Positions 53,410 through 62,490 are shown, counted from the stretch's first letter. The stretch is DNA of 64,000 nt from Dehalococcoidia bacterium (GCA_011171075.1 DUFD01000025.1:30281-94280); one strand, 5' to 3'. Notes: a model not told the origin generated them from the letters alone. A program made the numbers and translations.

Positions 53410-55258
53410 TTTCCAGCATCTCCCGCCTGTTATTCTTAATCCAGTACCTTCCCAGGTGGCCCGTTTCGATGAATATCTTTTTAAAATCCGGGTCGGTGGC
53501 CAGCTCGATATAGCGCGACCGGAACGTGGCTGCCTGCCCCTCTTCACGCTTCGCAAGAGAGATAAGGGCCAGCTTTGCCCCCATGCCGGCGGCGTTCCCC
53601 ACCTGGCGGAAACAATTCAAGGGTAGTGGCGGCAGAAGGCCGATAGTTACCGCGCTGGACAGGTCAAGATATGAGCCAAATGACCCGGCAATTACAACCT
53701 GCCCGAGCTGTTCCTCGGTGAAGCCATTCGTTTCAAGCAGGAGCTGGATGCCGGTACGAATGGCCGCCTTGGCCAGCTGTAATTCGCGTATATCTTTCTG
53801 GGTGAGGACGATTTCCGGATGCCCGTCCTGTTTTGTCTGGTCGACGAGGAGGAACTCGGCCTGGTTGCCCGTCATACGGACACGGGGGTGTTTATCAATC
53901 AGACGCCCGCCGTCATCGATAATTCCCGACAGATAAAGCTGGGCCACGGCATCGACGACTCCCGAGCCACAGATACCAAGCGGGGGTGCTTCATCAATGG
54001 TCTGGAAATCAATGACGTCCCCGGTTATTCGCAGTCTTTCAATTGCCCCTCTGGCAGCCCTCATACCATGTTTGATATGGCCGCCTTCAAAGGCAGGGCC
54101 TGAGGCACATGAAGTCGTGGTTATCCCTTGGCCGTTTACCAGGGAGATTTCGGTATTCGTGCCGATATCCAGGAATACAGTCAGTCCTTCGACCTGGTGG
54201 GTATTCGAAGCCAGCAACACGGCCGCGTGGTCGGAGCCGACGAAACCTGTTACCACAGGCGGAAGGTGGACGTATGCCCCCGGGGCTATCTTTATCCCCA
54301 GTTCACGTGCCTTAATATCGATAGCCATACCTGCCGCAGCCACAAAAGGAGTAAGCGCCAGCTGTTTTACCGGTAAACCGAGTAATAGATGGTGCATGGC
54401 CGTATTACCGACGACCACCATCTCGACAATCGCTTCAACATCGACACCAACCTCCGAACAGAGATTGGCGGCCAGTCCGTTCAATTTGTCCACGACCAGC
54501 TTTTGCAGTACTGCTCTTTTGTTCGGTCGCTTGACGACATAATTGATGCGGCTGATGATATCTTCCCCGTAGTCAATCTGGGGATTCATAGTCCCTTCGA
54601 CGGCCAGGGTCTGGCCGCTGCTCAAATCGACCAGATATCCAGCGATTGTGGTGGTGCCCAAATCTACGGCCAGTCCCAGCTGTTGACTGGGCCACGGGCT
54701 AACTGCTATTACTTCATCGTCACGTACCGCAGCCTGGCATTCCCAGTTCCAGTCACGTATCTGTGGCGAGAGGGAACGCAGCACGTTGATATCAATATGG
54801 CGACAGGGTAGCTGGTATTGCTCGTTCAGCGCTTCGAGCAGACGGTTGGTGTCAGCCTGCTGGTCGGATAACGATGGCGCCGTGAGCCGGATATGATAGG
54901 CTATGACAGCGGGTTCTGGAGGAACCGTCGCTTCCAGTCCCTCCACACAGATACGTTGCGAAGTGCTCATTGACTCCGGCGGGACTATTATCTGGCAATC
55001 GCTGCTCGGAATAGCCTGACAGGCGAGGCGCCAGCCGTCACCAAGCTCTTGGGCTGAAAGGGCTTCTAGTTCACTATCGGTGGGCTCGGATAGGGTACCG
55101 CTTATTACCTTCACGCGGCAGGTGTTGCATGTCCCACGCCCTCCGCATATACTGCTGATACCCACACCAAGTCGGTGTGCACAGTCCAGAAGCGACTCTT
55201 TCTCCCGGCACTCTCCTCTTTGTCCTAGGGGCTGAAAATCAATGGTGTATGATTTCAT
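53402..55258 (-). CDS. Corrinoid activation/regeneration protein (RACo-type: 2Fe-2S ferredoxin + ASKHA ATPase)
   Basis: N-terminal plant-type ferredoxin Cys pattern CGGRGTCNTCRV. A long ASKHA-like body follows (DLGTTTIAGY...DIGTNTEI...GSFGSYL). Confidence 0.8.
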   Translation of the reverse strand: MKSYTIDFQPLGQRGECREKESLLDCAHRLGVGISSICGGRGTCNTCRVKVISGTLSEPTDSELEALSAQELGDGWRLACQAIPSSDCQIIVPPESMSTSQRICVEGLEATVPPEPAVIAYHIRLTAPSLSDQQADTNRLLEALNEQYQLPCRHIDINVLRSLSPQIRDWNWECQAAVRDDEVIAVSPWPSQQLGLAVDLGTTTIAGYLVDLSSGQTLAVEGTMNPQIDYGEDIISRINYVVKRPNKRAVLQKLVVDKLNGLAANLCSEVGVDVEAIVEMVVVGNTAMHHLLLGLPVKQLALTPFVAAAGMAIDIKARELGIKIAPGAYVHLPPVVTGFVGSDHAAVLLASNTHQVEGLTVFLDIGTNTEISLVNGQGITTTSCASGPAFEGGHIKHGMRAARGAIERLRITGDVIDFQTIDEAPPLGICGSGVVDAVAQLYLSGIIDDGGRLIDKHPRVRMTGNQAEFLLVDQTKQDGHPEIVLTQKDIRELQLAKAAIRTGIQLLLETNGFTEEQLGQVVIAGSFGSYLDLSSAVTIGLLPPLPLNCFRQVGNAAGMGAKLALISLAKREEGQAATFRSRYIELATDPDFKKIFIETGHLGRYWIKNNRREMLENG

Positions 55259-55288
55259 ATCCTTCGAATTCTAGTTGAACCTGTCGGG

Positions 55289-55981
55289 TTATTTGGCTAC
55301 CAGCCTGTAATGACAGGTCTTACTGAGGTTGCAACGGGCACAGGCTTCGCCCTGTTTTCGGACGGTTACCTGCTCACCCAGGGCGATAACCATAGAGGCA
55401 GATTTGCGGGGAACCATTATTCCGGAAGGGGCCAATCTAACCCCTATTTCCTCCGACGGTACCAGTTGGAATAGCGGCCACTGCTCTGTAATCGGGAAGC
55501 CGGGTATGCCCGGACTGATGGGACTGCTTGACTGATAACCACGGAGTGACGCTTCATTCTGCATGAGCCTGCAGGTCTCCTGCACCAGCGAGTCCACAGC
55601 AGCACTTCCGATACCGTCGAGCAGCAGACCTCGTAAGGGCTCTCTACCACCGAGGTAATCTGTTACCTGTTTTTCCAGTTTGGGGCCAATTGTACAGACG
55701 GCTACGGTAAGTTCACGACCACCTGATATTAATGAAGAGAGCGACGCGCTTCGAATCTCCGTGCTATTGTCGAGTTGCACCGAATCATGGCCCACTTCGG
55801 ATATGGCGTAGACATCATAGGCGATAGCCGGTTCAAGGAGATGCTTGTCATAAGTGCTGGCCAGTAGCTCATCTATCAGGGCCATTATCTCAGGCTTGAC
55901 CGAGGATTGCTGCCTGATTCCCTCTCTGCGTAATACCTGCCTTTTATCAAGGCTGATGTGAATACCACTGACTATTGTCAC
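55289..55981 (-). CDS. Stand-alone MetH-activation-domain-like protein
   Basis: LLDGIGSAAVDSL...SPGIPGFPITEQ...PRKSASMVIALG and a C-terminal CARCNLSKTCHYR. The family call is from memory. Confidence 0.55.
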   Translation of the reverse strand: MTIVSGIHISLDKRQVLRREGIRQQSSVKPEIMALIDELLASTYDKHLLEPAIAYDVYAISEVGHDSVQLDNSTEIRSASLSSLISGGRELTVAVCTIGPKLEKQVTDYLGGREPLRGLLLDGIGSAAVDSLVQETCRLMQNEASLRGYQSSSPISPGIPGFPITEQWPLFQLVPSEEIGVRLAPSGIMVPRKSASMVIALGEQVTVRKQGEACARCNLSKTCHYRLVAK

Positions 55982-56034
55982 GTCTTTCTCTTCCTTAATG
56001 TGATTGCTCAGGTATGCTACTCATTCTAAGGGCT

Positions 56035-56658
56035 TTATATCCAGCCTTTGGCCAGTGAGACTGCTTTCATAGCATCCTGACCGTAGGCATCGGCACCCGC
56101 ATACTTCCGTATGTCCTCATCAATCTGGCCGCCGCCAATCATTATCTTCACCTTGTCTCGCAGTCCGGCCGCTTTTATTGCCTCCACTGTTTCCTTCATT
56201 GAGTCGAACGCCAGCGTTAAGAACCCGCTCAGCCCTACGATAGGTGCGTCGGTCTCCTTTATCTTATCAACGAATTTTTGAGGCGGCACATCCACACCGA
56301 GGTCGAACACTTCAAAACCGTTAACATCCAGCATGAATACCACGATGTCTTTGCCGATATCGTGTATGTCCCCGGCTACCGTACCAATAATACACTTGCC
56401 GGAGGTTTTTGCCTGCGCATCTTCTTTGAGCGCGGGTTTGATAATTTCGGTTATCTCTTTTAATATTTCGGCTGAATAAATAAGCTCGGGAAGAAAATAG
56501 GTACCATCGCTAAAGCGATTGCCTATTATCTCCATCCCGTTTCTACTCTCTTCAAGAATCGATTTTGGGTCTTCACCACTATCCAGTTTTTCCCTGGCAA
56601 GTCTGAGGGCCTCGTTTTCTTCCAAATCAGCAATCGCCTTGGTTAGCTCTCCACTCAT
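56035..56658 (-). CDS. Corrinoid (B12-binding) protein
   Basis: DxHxxG motif GDIHDIGKDIV, a Rossmann-like B12 domain, and an N-terminal helical cap. Confidence 0.85.
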   Translation of the reverse strand: MSGELTKAIADLEENEALRLAREKLDSGEDPKSILEESRNGMEIIGNRFSDGTYFLPELIYSAEILKEITEIIKPALKEDAQAKTSGKCIIGTVAGDIHDIGKDIVVFMLDVNGFEVFDLGVDVPPQKFVDKIKETDAPIVGLSGFLTLAFDSMKETVEAIKAAGLRDKVKIMIGGGQIDEDIRKYAGADAYGQDAMKAVSLAKGWI

Positions 56659-56759
56659 TGCTTTATATTACCTCCTGAATATCGTGTTTCGTTAACCATG
56701 TATTACCATTACCACGAAGGGATATAATCAGGGTTTGTCTGATGGATTTCTAAGGACAG

Positions 56760-56788
56760 ATTGTAACCTCTGTAACAATCAGAGTCAA
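56760..56788 (-). promoter_or_regulatory. Candidate sigma70 promoter of the corrinoid methyltransferase operon
   Basis: On the minus strand: TTGACT, a 17-nt spacer, then TACAAT. It predicts a leader of about 95 nt ending in an AGGAGG Shine-Dalgarno before the ATG at 56658. Confidence 0.55.
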
Positions 56789-56922
56789 CATAAAGGCATG
56801 CAGGGTGCTCAACACGATACTGATGCATGTTGTTCAGTTTATGCGATACGCTGTTTTGCACAATCGGGTAATAAATAGGCTATATCCCGGAAGGCCTTAG
56901 TATAAGTAGTCTGAACCATGTA

Positions 56923-56951
56923 TTGCTGTCACGTGTGGTGAATGCTATAAT
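56923..56951 (+). promoter_or_regulatory. Candidate sigma70 promoter P1 upstream of tRNA-Glu
   Basis: TTGCTG, a 17-nt spacer, then TATAAT with an extended -10 TGC. Confidence 0.55.
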
Positions 56952-57080
56952 GACTAAGGCTGTTAGTGTGGGGCAAAGCGTTTTCTGAGAAGTTCATGCC
57001 GTCCCAGGACTTCTAGCATTTTGGAATTAAGGGGTTTCCTGAGTGGCTGGTCACTCAGATTTGGAAGATAGTACATCCGT

Positions 57081-57156
57081 GGCGCATTCGTCTAGCGGTT
57101 AGGACACCTCCCTCTCAAGGAGGAGATCACCGGTTCGAATCCGGTATGCGCTACCA
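57081..57156 (+). tRNA. tRNA-Glu(CUC), CCA encoded
   Basis: Hand-folded cloverleaf. Acceptor GGCGCAT/ATGCGCT, anticodon stem CCTCC/GGAGG with loop CTCTCAA, T-loop GGTTCGAATCC. Confidence 0.85.
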
Positions 57157-57159
57157 TAC

Positions 57160-57189
57160 TTGACTTTTAACGGGGTGCGTTTCTATAAT
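57160..57189 (+). promoter_or_regulatory. Candidate sigma70 promoter P2 between tRNA-Glu and tRNA-Thr
   Basis: TTGACT, an 18-nt spacer, then TATAAT. Confidence 0.5.
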
Positions 57190-57230
57190 ACGCAAGTTCG
57201 AGATAGGGAAATCAGAGTATTACGAATGAT

Positions 57231-57304
57231 GCCTGAGTAGCTCAGTTGGTTAGAGCAGCTGTCTTGTAAACAGCAGGTCGAGGGTTCGAATCCCCCCTCA
57301 GGCT
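57231..57304 (+). tRNA. tRNA-Thr(UGU)
   Basis: Acceptor GCCTGAG/CTCAGGC. Anticodon stem GCTGT/ACAGC with loop CTTGTAA. There is one A-C mismatch in the T stem. Confidence 0.8.
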
Positions 57305-57330
57305 GGTAATAATGGTGGGTAGGAATATTC

Positions 57331-57417
57331 GGAGGGGTGCCGGAGTGGTTAATCGGAGCAGACTGTAAATCTGTCGCCCTAAGGGCTACGCAGGTTCGAA
57401 TCCTGCCCCCTCCACCA
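57331..57417 (+). tRNA. tRNA-Tyr(GUA), long variable arm, CCA encoded
   Basis: Acceptor GGAGGGG/CCCCTCC, anticodon loop CTGTAAA, variable arm CGCCCTAAGGGC. Confidence 0.85.
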
Positions 57418-57418
57418 C

Positions 57419-57447
57419 TTGGACTAAGAGTAATAATTCTGTATAAT
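57419..57447 (+). promoter_or_regulatory. Candidate sigma70 promoter P3 upstream of tRNA-Thr(GGU)-tuf
   Basis: TTGGAC, a 17-nt spacer, then TATAAT. Confidence 0.5.
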
Positions 57448-57460
57448 AAATAGAACCGGC

Positions 57461-57533
57461 GCCCACATAGCTCAGTCGGCAGAGCACGTTCTTGGTAAGA
57501 ACGGGGTCACCAGTTCGAATCTGGTTGTGGGCT
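57461..57533 (+). tRNA. tRNA-Thr(GGU)
   Basis: Acceptor GCCCACA/TGTGGGC. Anticodon stem CGTTC/GAACG with loop TTGGTAA. T arm ACCAG-TTCGAAT-CTGGT. Confidence 0.85.
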
Positions 57534-57555
57534 TGGATAAAGAAGGGGGTCTTTA

Positions 57556-58764
57556 ATGGCTAAGAAAAAGTTTGAGAGAACTAAGCCGCATTGCAACGTA
57601 GGTACGATAGGCCACGTCGACCACGGGAAGACAACACTTACCTCAGCAATAACACTGGTGCTGTCCAAGCAGGCCGGTGCTGCTACCGGCTTCCGGAGCT
57701 TTGATAGCATTGACAATGCTCCGGAGGAGAAGGCCCGTGGACTGACGATTGCCATCGCTCACATTGAGTATGAGACAGCAAAGCGGCACTATGCTCATAT
57801 CGACTGTCCTGGCCATGCCGACTTCATTAAGAATATGATTACCGGAGCCGCCCAGATGGATGGAGCGATTCTGGTGGTAAGTGCACCGGACGGCCCGATG
57901 CCCCAGACCCGGGAGCATATCCTGCTGGCGCGCCAGGTGGAGGTCCCCAGCATGGTCGTCGCCCTCAACAAGGTGGATATGATGGATGATGAGGAACTAC
58001 TCGAGCTGGTAGAGATGGAGCTCAGGGAGTTACTTTCCAAGTATAATTTCCCCGGCGACGAGATACCAATAGTGAGAGTGAGTGCCCTCAAGGCGCTTGA
58101 GTGTGGTTGCGGTAATCCAGAGTGTGAATGGTGTGGCCCTATTCTAAAGCTAATGGATGAAGTCGATGACTACATTCCAACGCCGGTTAGACCCAAAGAC
58201 CAGCCCTTCCTGATGTCAGTAGAGGATGTGTTCAGCATCAAAGGTCGCGGTACCGTACCCACGGGGAGAGTCGAGAGAGGTACCATCAAAGTAGGCCAGG
58301 AGGTCGAGATAGTCGGCCTGCACCATGAACCGCGTAAGACAGTGGTAACCGGCCTAGAGATGTTCCACAAGCTGCTTGACGAAGCTGAACCGGGTGATGC
58401 CATCGGTGCTCTGCTTAGAGGAGTAGAGCGTGCTGATATTGAGCGGGGACAGGTCCTGGCGGCGCCTGGTACTATTAAACCACACACCTATGCTGAGGGG
58501 CAGGTGTATGTGCTGAGCAAGGAAGAAGGAGGAAGGCATACCCCATTCTTTAATGGGTACCGACCTCAGTTCTACATAAGGACCACGGATATCACCGGCG
58601 CTATTGAGCTGCCAGAGGGTGTGGAGATGGTAATGCCCGGTGATAATATCACCATGAAGATAAAACTAATCTACCCGGTGGCTCTGGAGACGGGATTGCG
58701 ATTTGCGATTCGTGAGGGAGGTCGAACGGTAGGGGCTGGTACCTTTACCAAGATACTAGAATAA
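57556..58764 (+). CDS. tuf: Elongation factor Tu
   Basis: [18 protein letters not shown] and NKVD GTPase motifs, full length at 402 aa. Confidence 0.97.
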   Translation: MAKKKFERTKPHCNVGTIGHVDHGKTTLTSAITLVLSKQAGAATGFRSFDSIDNAPEEKARGLTIAIAHIEYETAKRHYAHIDCPGHADFIKNMITGAAQMDGAILVVSAPDGPMPQTREHILLARQVEVPSMVVALNKVDMMDDEELLELVEMELRELLSKYNFPGDEIPIVRVSALKALECGCGNPECEWCGPILKLMDEVDDYIPTPVRPKDQPFLMSVEDVFSIKGRGTVPTGRVERGTIKVGQEVEIVGLHHEPRKTVVTGLEMFHKLLDEAEPGDAIGALLRGVERADIERGQVLAAPGTIKPHTYAEGQVYVLSKEEGGRHTPFFNGYRPQFYIRTTDITGAIELPEGVEMVMPGDNITMKIKLIYPVALETGLRFAIREGGRTVGAGTFTKILE

Positions 58765-58768
58765 CAAA

Positions 58769-58936
58769 ATGGCCCGCAAAACTGAAGCAAGAGTTATTAT
58801 CCACCTTGCCTGTTCTGAGTGCAGGGAACGGACATATACGACAACCAAGAACCGGAGAAGCGATACGCAACGGCTTGAGCTGAATAAGTACTGTCCGCGC
58901 TGTCGTGTTCATACTGTTCACCGGGAAGTAAGGTAA
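58769..58936 (+). CDS. rpmG: 50S ribosomal protein L33 (Cys4 zinc-ribbon form)
   Basis: Not in the ORF track because it is under 60 aa. Hand translation gives [55 protein letters not shown]. The position between tuf and secE is conserved. Confidence 0.9.
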   Translation: MARKTEARVIIHLACSECRERTYTTTKNRRSDTQRLELNKYCPRCRVHTVHREVR

Positions 58937-58952
58937 TCAGGGGCGAATAGAG

Positions 58953-59219
58953 ATGCCATCTTCCAGACGTTCCAGTGCTGCTACGAAGAAGTCGGTCGCT
59001 CAGGCGAGGCGCCCTGTCGTTGCTGCCAAGCGTCCTTCGAGGTTCAGGTTTATCACGGATACCATATCTGAAATGAAGAAGGTAACCTGGCTGACCCGCC
59101 GGGAGACTGCTTATCTTACTGGTCTTGTTCTCCTCGTTTCCATTACCGCGGGTGTTGTTCTTGGCCTGATTGATCTGGGCTTTAGTAGCCTGGTGGATAC
59201 ATTGCTTTTGGGTGGTTAA
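58953..59219 (+). CDS. secE: Preprotein translocase subunit SecE
   Basis: Basic N-terminus, FITDTISEMKKVTWLTRRE, and a single C-terminal TM helix. Synteny with nusG supports the call. Confidence 0.9.
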   Translation: MPSSRRSSAATKKSVAQARRPVVAAKRPSRFRFITDTISEMKKVTWLTRRETAYLTGLVLLVSITAGVVLGLIDLGFSSLVDTLLLGG

Positions 59220-59268
59220 AAAGCCTTTGACAGACAGGTATGCCTGGGGCTCCACGATTTTTTTCTGA

Positions 59269-59814
59269 GTGAGGGTACGCGTGAGCGAGAACGGGAAAGA
59301 ATGGTATGCAATTCATACCTACTCCGGGTATGAGGAACGGGTCAAGAAGAACCTGGAACAGCGGATTAAATTTATGGATTCTGAGGAGGAGATAGCCCAG
59401 GTTATTATACCCACTGAGGATGAAGTCGAGATTCGGGGTGGGCAGAGACGCACCATATCCAAGAAAATCTTGCCGGGCTACATTCTGGTGGAAATGGTCA
59501 TGACTGACCAGAGCTGGAATATTGTCCGCAATACCCCGGGGGTTACTGGTTTTGTCGGCAGCGGTGGAAAACCGGTCTCACTCTCCGAAGAGGAAGTAGA
59601 GCAGATACTGAAACAGATGCGTGCCGAAACTCCCAAGGTGAAGGTGGGTTTCCGGCAGGGGCAGAGCGTCCGCGTAACGGATGGGCCTTTCACCGATTTT
59701 GTCGGTATTGTCGATGAAATAGGTGCTGAAAAGGGCAAGGTAAAGGTTCTGTTGTCCCTTTTTGGGCGTGAAACACCGGTAGAACTCGATTTTCTCCAGG
59801 TGGAAAACCTGTAG
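59269..59814 (+). CDS. nusG: Transcription termination/antitermination factor NusG
   Basis: WYAIHTYSGYE NGN domain and a C-terminal KOW domain (GQSVRVTDGPFTDFVGIV). GTG start at 59269 or 59281. Confidence 0.93.
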   Translation: MRVRVSENGKEWYAIHTYSGYEERVKKNLEQRIKFMDSEEEIAQVIIPTEDEVEIRGGQRRTISKKILPGYILVEMVMTDQSWNIVRNTPGVTGFVGSGGKPVSLSEEEVEQILKQMRAETPKVKVGFRQGQSVRVTDGPFTDFVGIVDEIGAEKGKVKVLLSLFGRETPVELDFLQVENL

Positions 59815-59835
59815 TTACCTTGGAATGGAGGTAGT

Positions 59836-60264
59836 GTGGCAAAGAAGGTAATAGCTGTAATTAAACTGCAAATTGAAGCGGGTAAGGCAAACCCGGCACC
59901 GCCGGTTGGTTCGGCTCTGGGTCAGCACGGTATTAACATAATGGGTTTCTGCAAGGAGTACAATGACCGTACTTCCTCCCAGGCTGGGTCTATTATTCCC
60001 GCAGAGATAACTGTCTATGAGGACAGGTCGTTTACATTTCTTACCAAGACACCACCGACGGCAGACCTGCTGAAGAAGGCTATTGGAGTAGAGAAAGGGT
60101 CTGGTGCTACCGGACGCGAGCAACTGAATAAGCTGTCACGTGAGAAGCTCAAAGAGATAGCTGAGCAAAAGGCCAAGGACCTGAACGCCACCACTATCGA
60201 GGCTGCCGAACGGATTGTGGCTGGGACGGCGCGAAGTATGGGAATTGAGATAGAGCAAGAATGA
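59836..60264 (+). CDS. rplK: 50S ribosomal protein L11
   Basis: GTG start. The [35 protein letters not shown] signature is present. Confidence 0.95.
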   Translation: MAKKVIAVIKLQIEAGKANPAPPVGSALGQHGINIMGFCKEYNDRTSSQAGSIIPAEITVYEDRSFTFLTKTPPTADLLKKAIGVEKGSGATGREQLNKLSREKLKEIAEQKAKDLNATTIEAAERIVAGTARSMGIEIEQE

Positions 60265-60974
60265 CGAAGCATGGAAAGAGATACAGGGAAGCATATCAAC
60301 AGATTGATAGGGCTAAGTCTTATACGCCTGAAGAGGCTGTAGACCTTGCCAAGCGGACAGCATCCGTAAAATTTGATGAAACCGTCGAGCTGCATCTTAG
60401 GATGGGGCTCGACCCGCGTAATGCCAGCCAGCAGGTTCGCGGCGTTGCCCTGTTGCCGCATGGCCTTGGTAAGCCGGTTCGTGTTCTCGTTTTCGCCCAG
60501 GGCGAGGCTGCCAGGAATGCTGAGAACGCCGGTGCTGACTATGTCGGTGCTGACGAACTGGCCAAGAAGATTGAGGAAGGCTGGCTGGAGTTTGATACCG
60601 CGATTGCTACCCCGGAGATGATGAGCAAGGTGGGAAAGCTTGGCCGCGTTCTGGGAAGAAAAGGGCTGATGCCAAATCCGAAGGCGGGTACGGTTGTTAC
60701 GGCGGAAGAGCTACCCAGGGTAATTGAGGATGCCCGTAAGGGCAGGGTGGAGTTCAAACTGGACAGAACAGCTATCATCCACCTGCCTCTGGGTAAGGCC
60801 AGCTTTGATAGTGAAAAACTTATGGGGAACCTGTCGGCGATAATTGAGGCAATAGTCAAAGCAAAGCCAAGTGGCGCCAAAGGCCAATATATTAGATCTG
60901 CCTTCATCACCACGACCATGGGGCCCAGTATTAAGCTTGACCTTCGGCCAACCCTGGCGCTGGCGGCTGCTTGA
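60261..60974 (+). CDS. rplA: 50S ribosomal protein L1
   Basis: ATGA overlap with rplK. Typical L1 sequence ([17 protein letters not shown]...). Confidence 0.95.
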   Translation: MTKHGKRYREAYQQIDRAKSYTPEEAVDLAKRTASVKFDETVELHLRMGLDPRNASQQVRGVALLPHGLGKPVRVLVFAQGEAARNAENAGADYVGADELAKKIEEGWLEFDTAIATPEMMSKVGKLGRVLGRKGLMPNPKAGTVVTAEELPRVIEDARKGRVEFKLDRTAIIHLPLGKASFDSEKLMGNLSAIIEAIVKAKPSGAKGQYIRSAFITTTMGPSIKLDLRPTLALAAA

Positions 60975-61062
60975 TATATAGAATATTGGATAGTAAAATA
61001 TTTCTGCTGATTAGCAGGTGTGTGTTATTTCCCGGATGGTGAGTACTGAATAAGGAGGAAAC

Positions 61063-62490
61063 ATGGCAGGTATCAAATCATATGGAGCATACATTCCGTA
61101 TTACAGAATGCCCCGAAGCGTGATTGGCGCAGCTTGGGGGCGTGGTGGCGGGCGTGGCGAGTTAGCTATAGCCGGGTATGACGAAGATTCTGTTAGTATG
61201 TCAGTGTCGGCTGGTATCGACTGTCTGAAAGGTACTGATCCGCATACGGTTGATGCTATCTACCTGGCAACTACTACCCCTCCATATATCGAGCGATTGA
61301 ATTCAAACATAGTCTCCAATGCCCTTGATTTTCGCCGTGATGTGCGGAATGCCGATTTCGGTAACGGTCTCAGGGCAGGAGTCAGTGCTCTCATGGCGGC
61401 TGTTGATGCCGTAAACGCGGGTTCTCTTAAGAGTGTCCTTGTAACCGCGTCTGACCTGCGCATGGGAGTCCCTGGTGGTGAACACGAAAATACTCTGGGC
61501 GATGGCGCTGCCGCTTTCCTTGTGGCAGACGATGCCGTAGCCGTTGAGGTTGAAGGCAGTCTTACCTATTCGGACGATTTAGCTGATTACTGGAGAATGA
61601 CTGGCGACGAGTTCATTCGCTCCTGGGAAGACCGCTTTGGTCGTGATGCCGGTTATAGCCAGATACCCGTTGAAGTGGTCAAAAACCTCCTGGGGAAACT
61701 GAACCTTACACCCAAGGACATTAGCAAGGCATGTGTGGCCGGTGCCAACACACGTGCACAGACTGGCCTGGCCAGGGCAATGGGTTTTGCTCCCGAACAG
61801 GTACAGGATGCACAACTTGATGATGTAGGTAATACCGGAGTGGCACAGCCCCTGATGATACTGATTGCAGCACTGGAAGATGCCAAGCCGGGTGAGAGGT
61901 TCCTGATGGTCTCCTGGGGTACCGGCTGTGATGCCGTTGTACTGAAAACCACCGACCAGATTGAGAAAATCAAGGATAGAAGGGCTATCAAGCGCCATCT
62001 GGCTATCAAGGCAACCCTCGATAACTATGGAAAGTATATGCGCTGGCGTGACGTCGTACCAACTCAGATACGGGCTCGCGGTGGTATATCCATGTCGGCA
62101 GAGTGGAGAGAGCGTAAACTTGGCCTGGCCCTTTACGGTGTGAAATGCCTGAATTGTGGTACCGTTCAGCTTTATATGAGGGGCTCTTCGATGCGTGCCC
62201 ATATCTGTGTTGAATGTCAGGCAAAGGACAACTTTGAGCCCTATCGGTTCTCTGATAAAACAGGTAAGGTTGTTACCTTCAGTCACGATTTTCTGGGTGG
62301 TGGTATTAATCCACCGATGACACGGGCTGTGGTTGACTTCGAAGGAGGTGGTAGAGGCCTGTTCGACCTGGTGGACCGTGATCCGGAAGAGTGCAAAGTG
62401 GGTATGGATGTCGAGATGACCTTCAGGATGACAAGAACCGCCGAGAATGCCAAGAGCTACTTCTGGAAAATTAAACCGGTTAGGGAGTAG
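61063..62490 (+). CDS. HMG-CoA-synthase-like thiolase-fold domain fused to C-terminal DUF35 (zinc ribbon + OB fold)
   Basis: N-terminal GIKSYGAYIPYYRMPR...GYDEDSVSM matches archaeal-type HMGCS. The C-terminal CLNC...CVEC ribbon plus OB-fold pattern matches DUF35. A strong AAGGAGG Shine-Dalgarno precedes the start. Confidence 0.75.
   Translation: MAGIKSYGAYIPYYRMPRSVIGAAWGRGGGRGELAIAGYDEDSVSMSVSAGIDCLKGTDPHTVDAIYLATTTPPYIERLNSNIVSNALDFRRDVRNADFGNGLRAGVSALMAAVDAVNAGSLKSVLVTASDLRMGVPGGEHENTLGDGAAAFLVADDAVAVEVEGSLTYSDDLADYWRMTGDEFIRSWEDRFGRDAGYSQIPVEVVKNLLGKLNLTPKDISKACVAGANTRAQTGLARAMGFAPEQVQDAQLDDVGNTGVAQPLMILIAALEDAKPGERFLMVSWGTGCDAVVLKTTDQIEKIKDRRAIKRHLAIKATLDNYGKYMRWRDVVPTQIRARGGISMSAEWRERKLGLALYGVKCLNCGTVQLYMRGSSMRAHICVECQAKDNFEPYRFSDKTGKVVTFSHDFLGGGINPPMTRAVVDFEGGGRGLFDLVDRDPEECKVGMDVEMTFRMTRTAENAKSYFWKIKPVRE

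Noticed and set aside
53410-53556. 49-aa N-terminal extension of URO-D paralog B in the ORF track.
   Set aside because: The extension lies inside the RACo coding region and is Arg-rich. The internal ATG at 53409 aligns exactly with the paralog A N-terminus.
53526-54811. Several 94-181-aa + strand ORFs inside the RACo gene.
   Set aside because: They are antisense shadow ORFs. RACo motifs are continuous on the minus strand.
56659-56759. Possible cobalamin riboswitch in the leader of the corrinoid operon.
   Set aside because: The predicted leader is only about 95 nt. I found no B12-box-like GCCACTG core on the transcribed strand, and the leader is too short for the known class.
58797-59255. 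152-aa minus-strand ORF across rpmG/secE.
   Set aside because: It is antisense to two conserved, syntenic genes. It is a shadow ORF.
61579-62286. 235-aa ORF antisense to the HMGCS-like/DUF35 gene. Similar antisense ORFs lie at 63045-63413 and 63423-63773.
   Set aside because: The sense genes have strong Shine-Dalgarno sites and family motifs. The antisense products are featureless.
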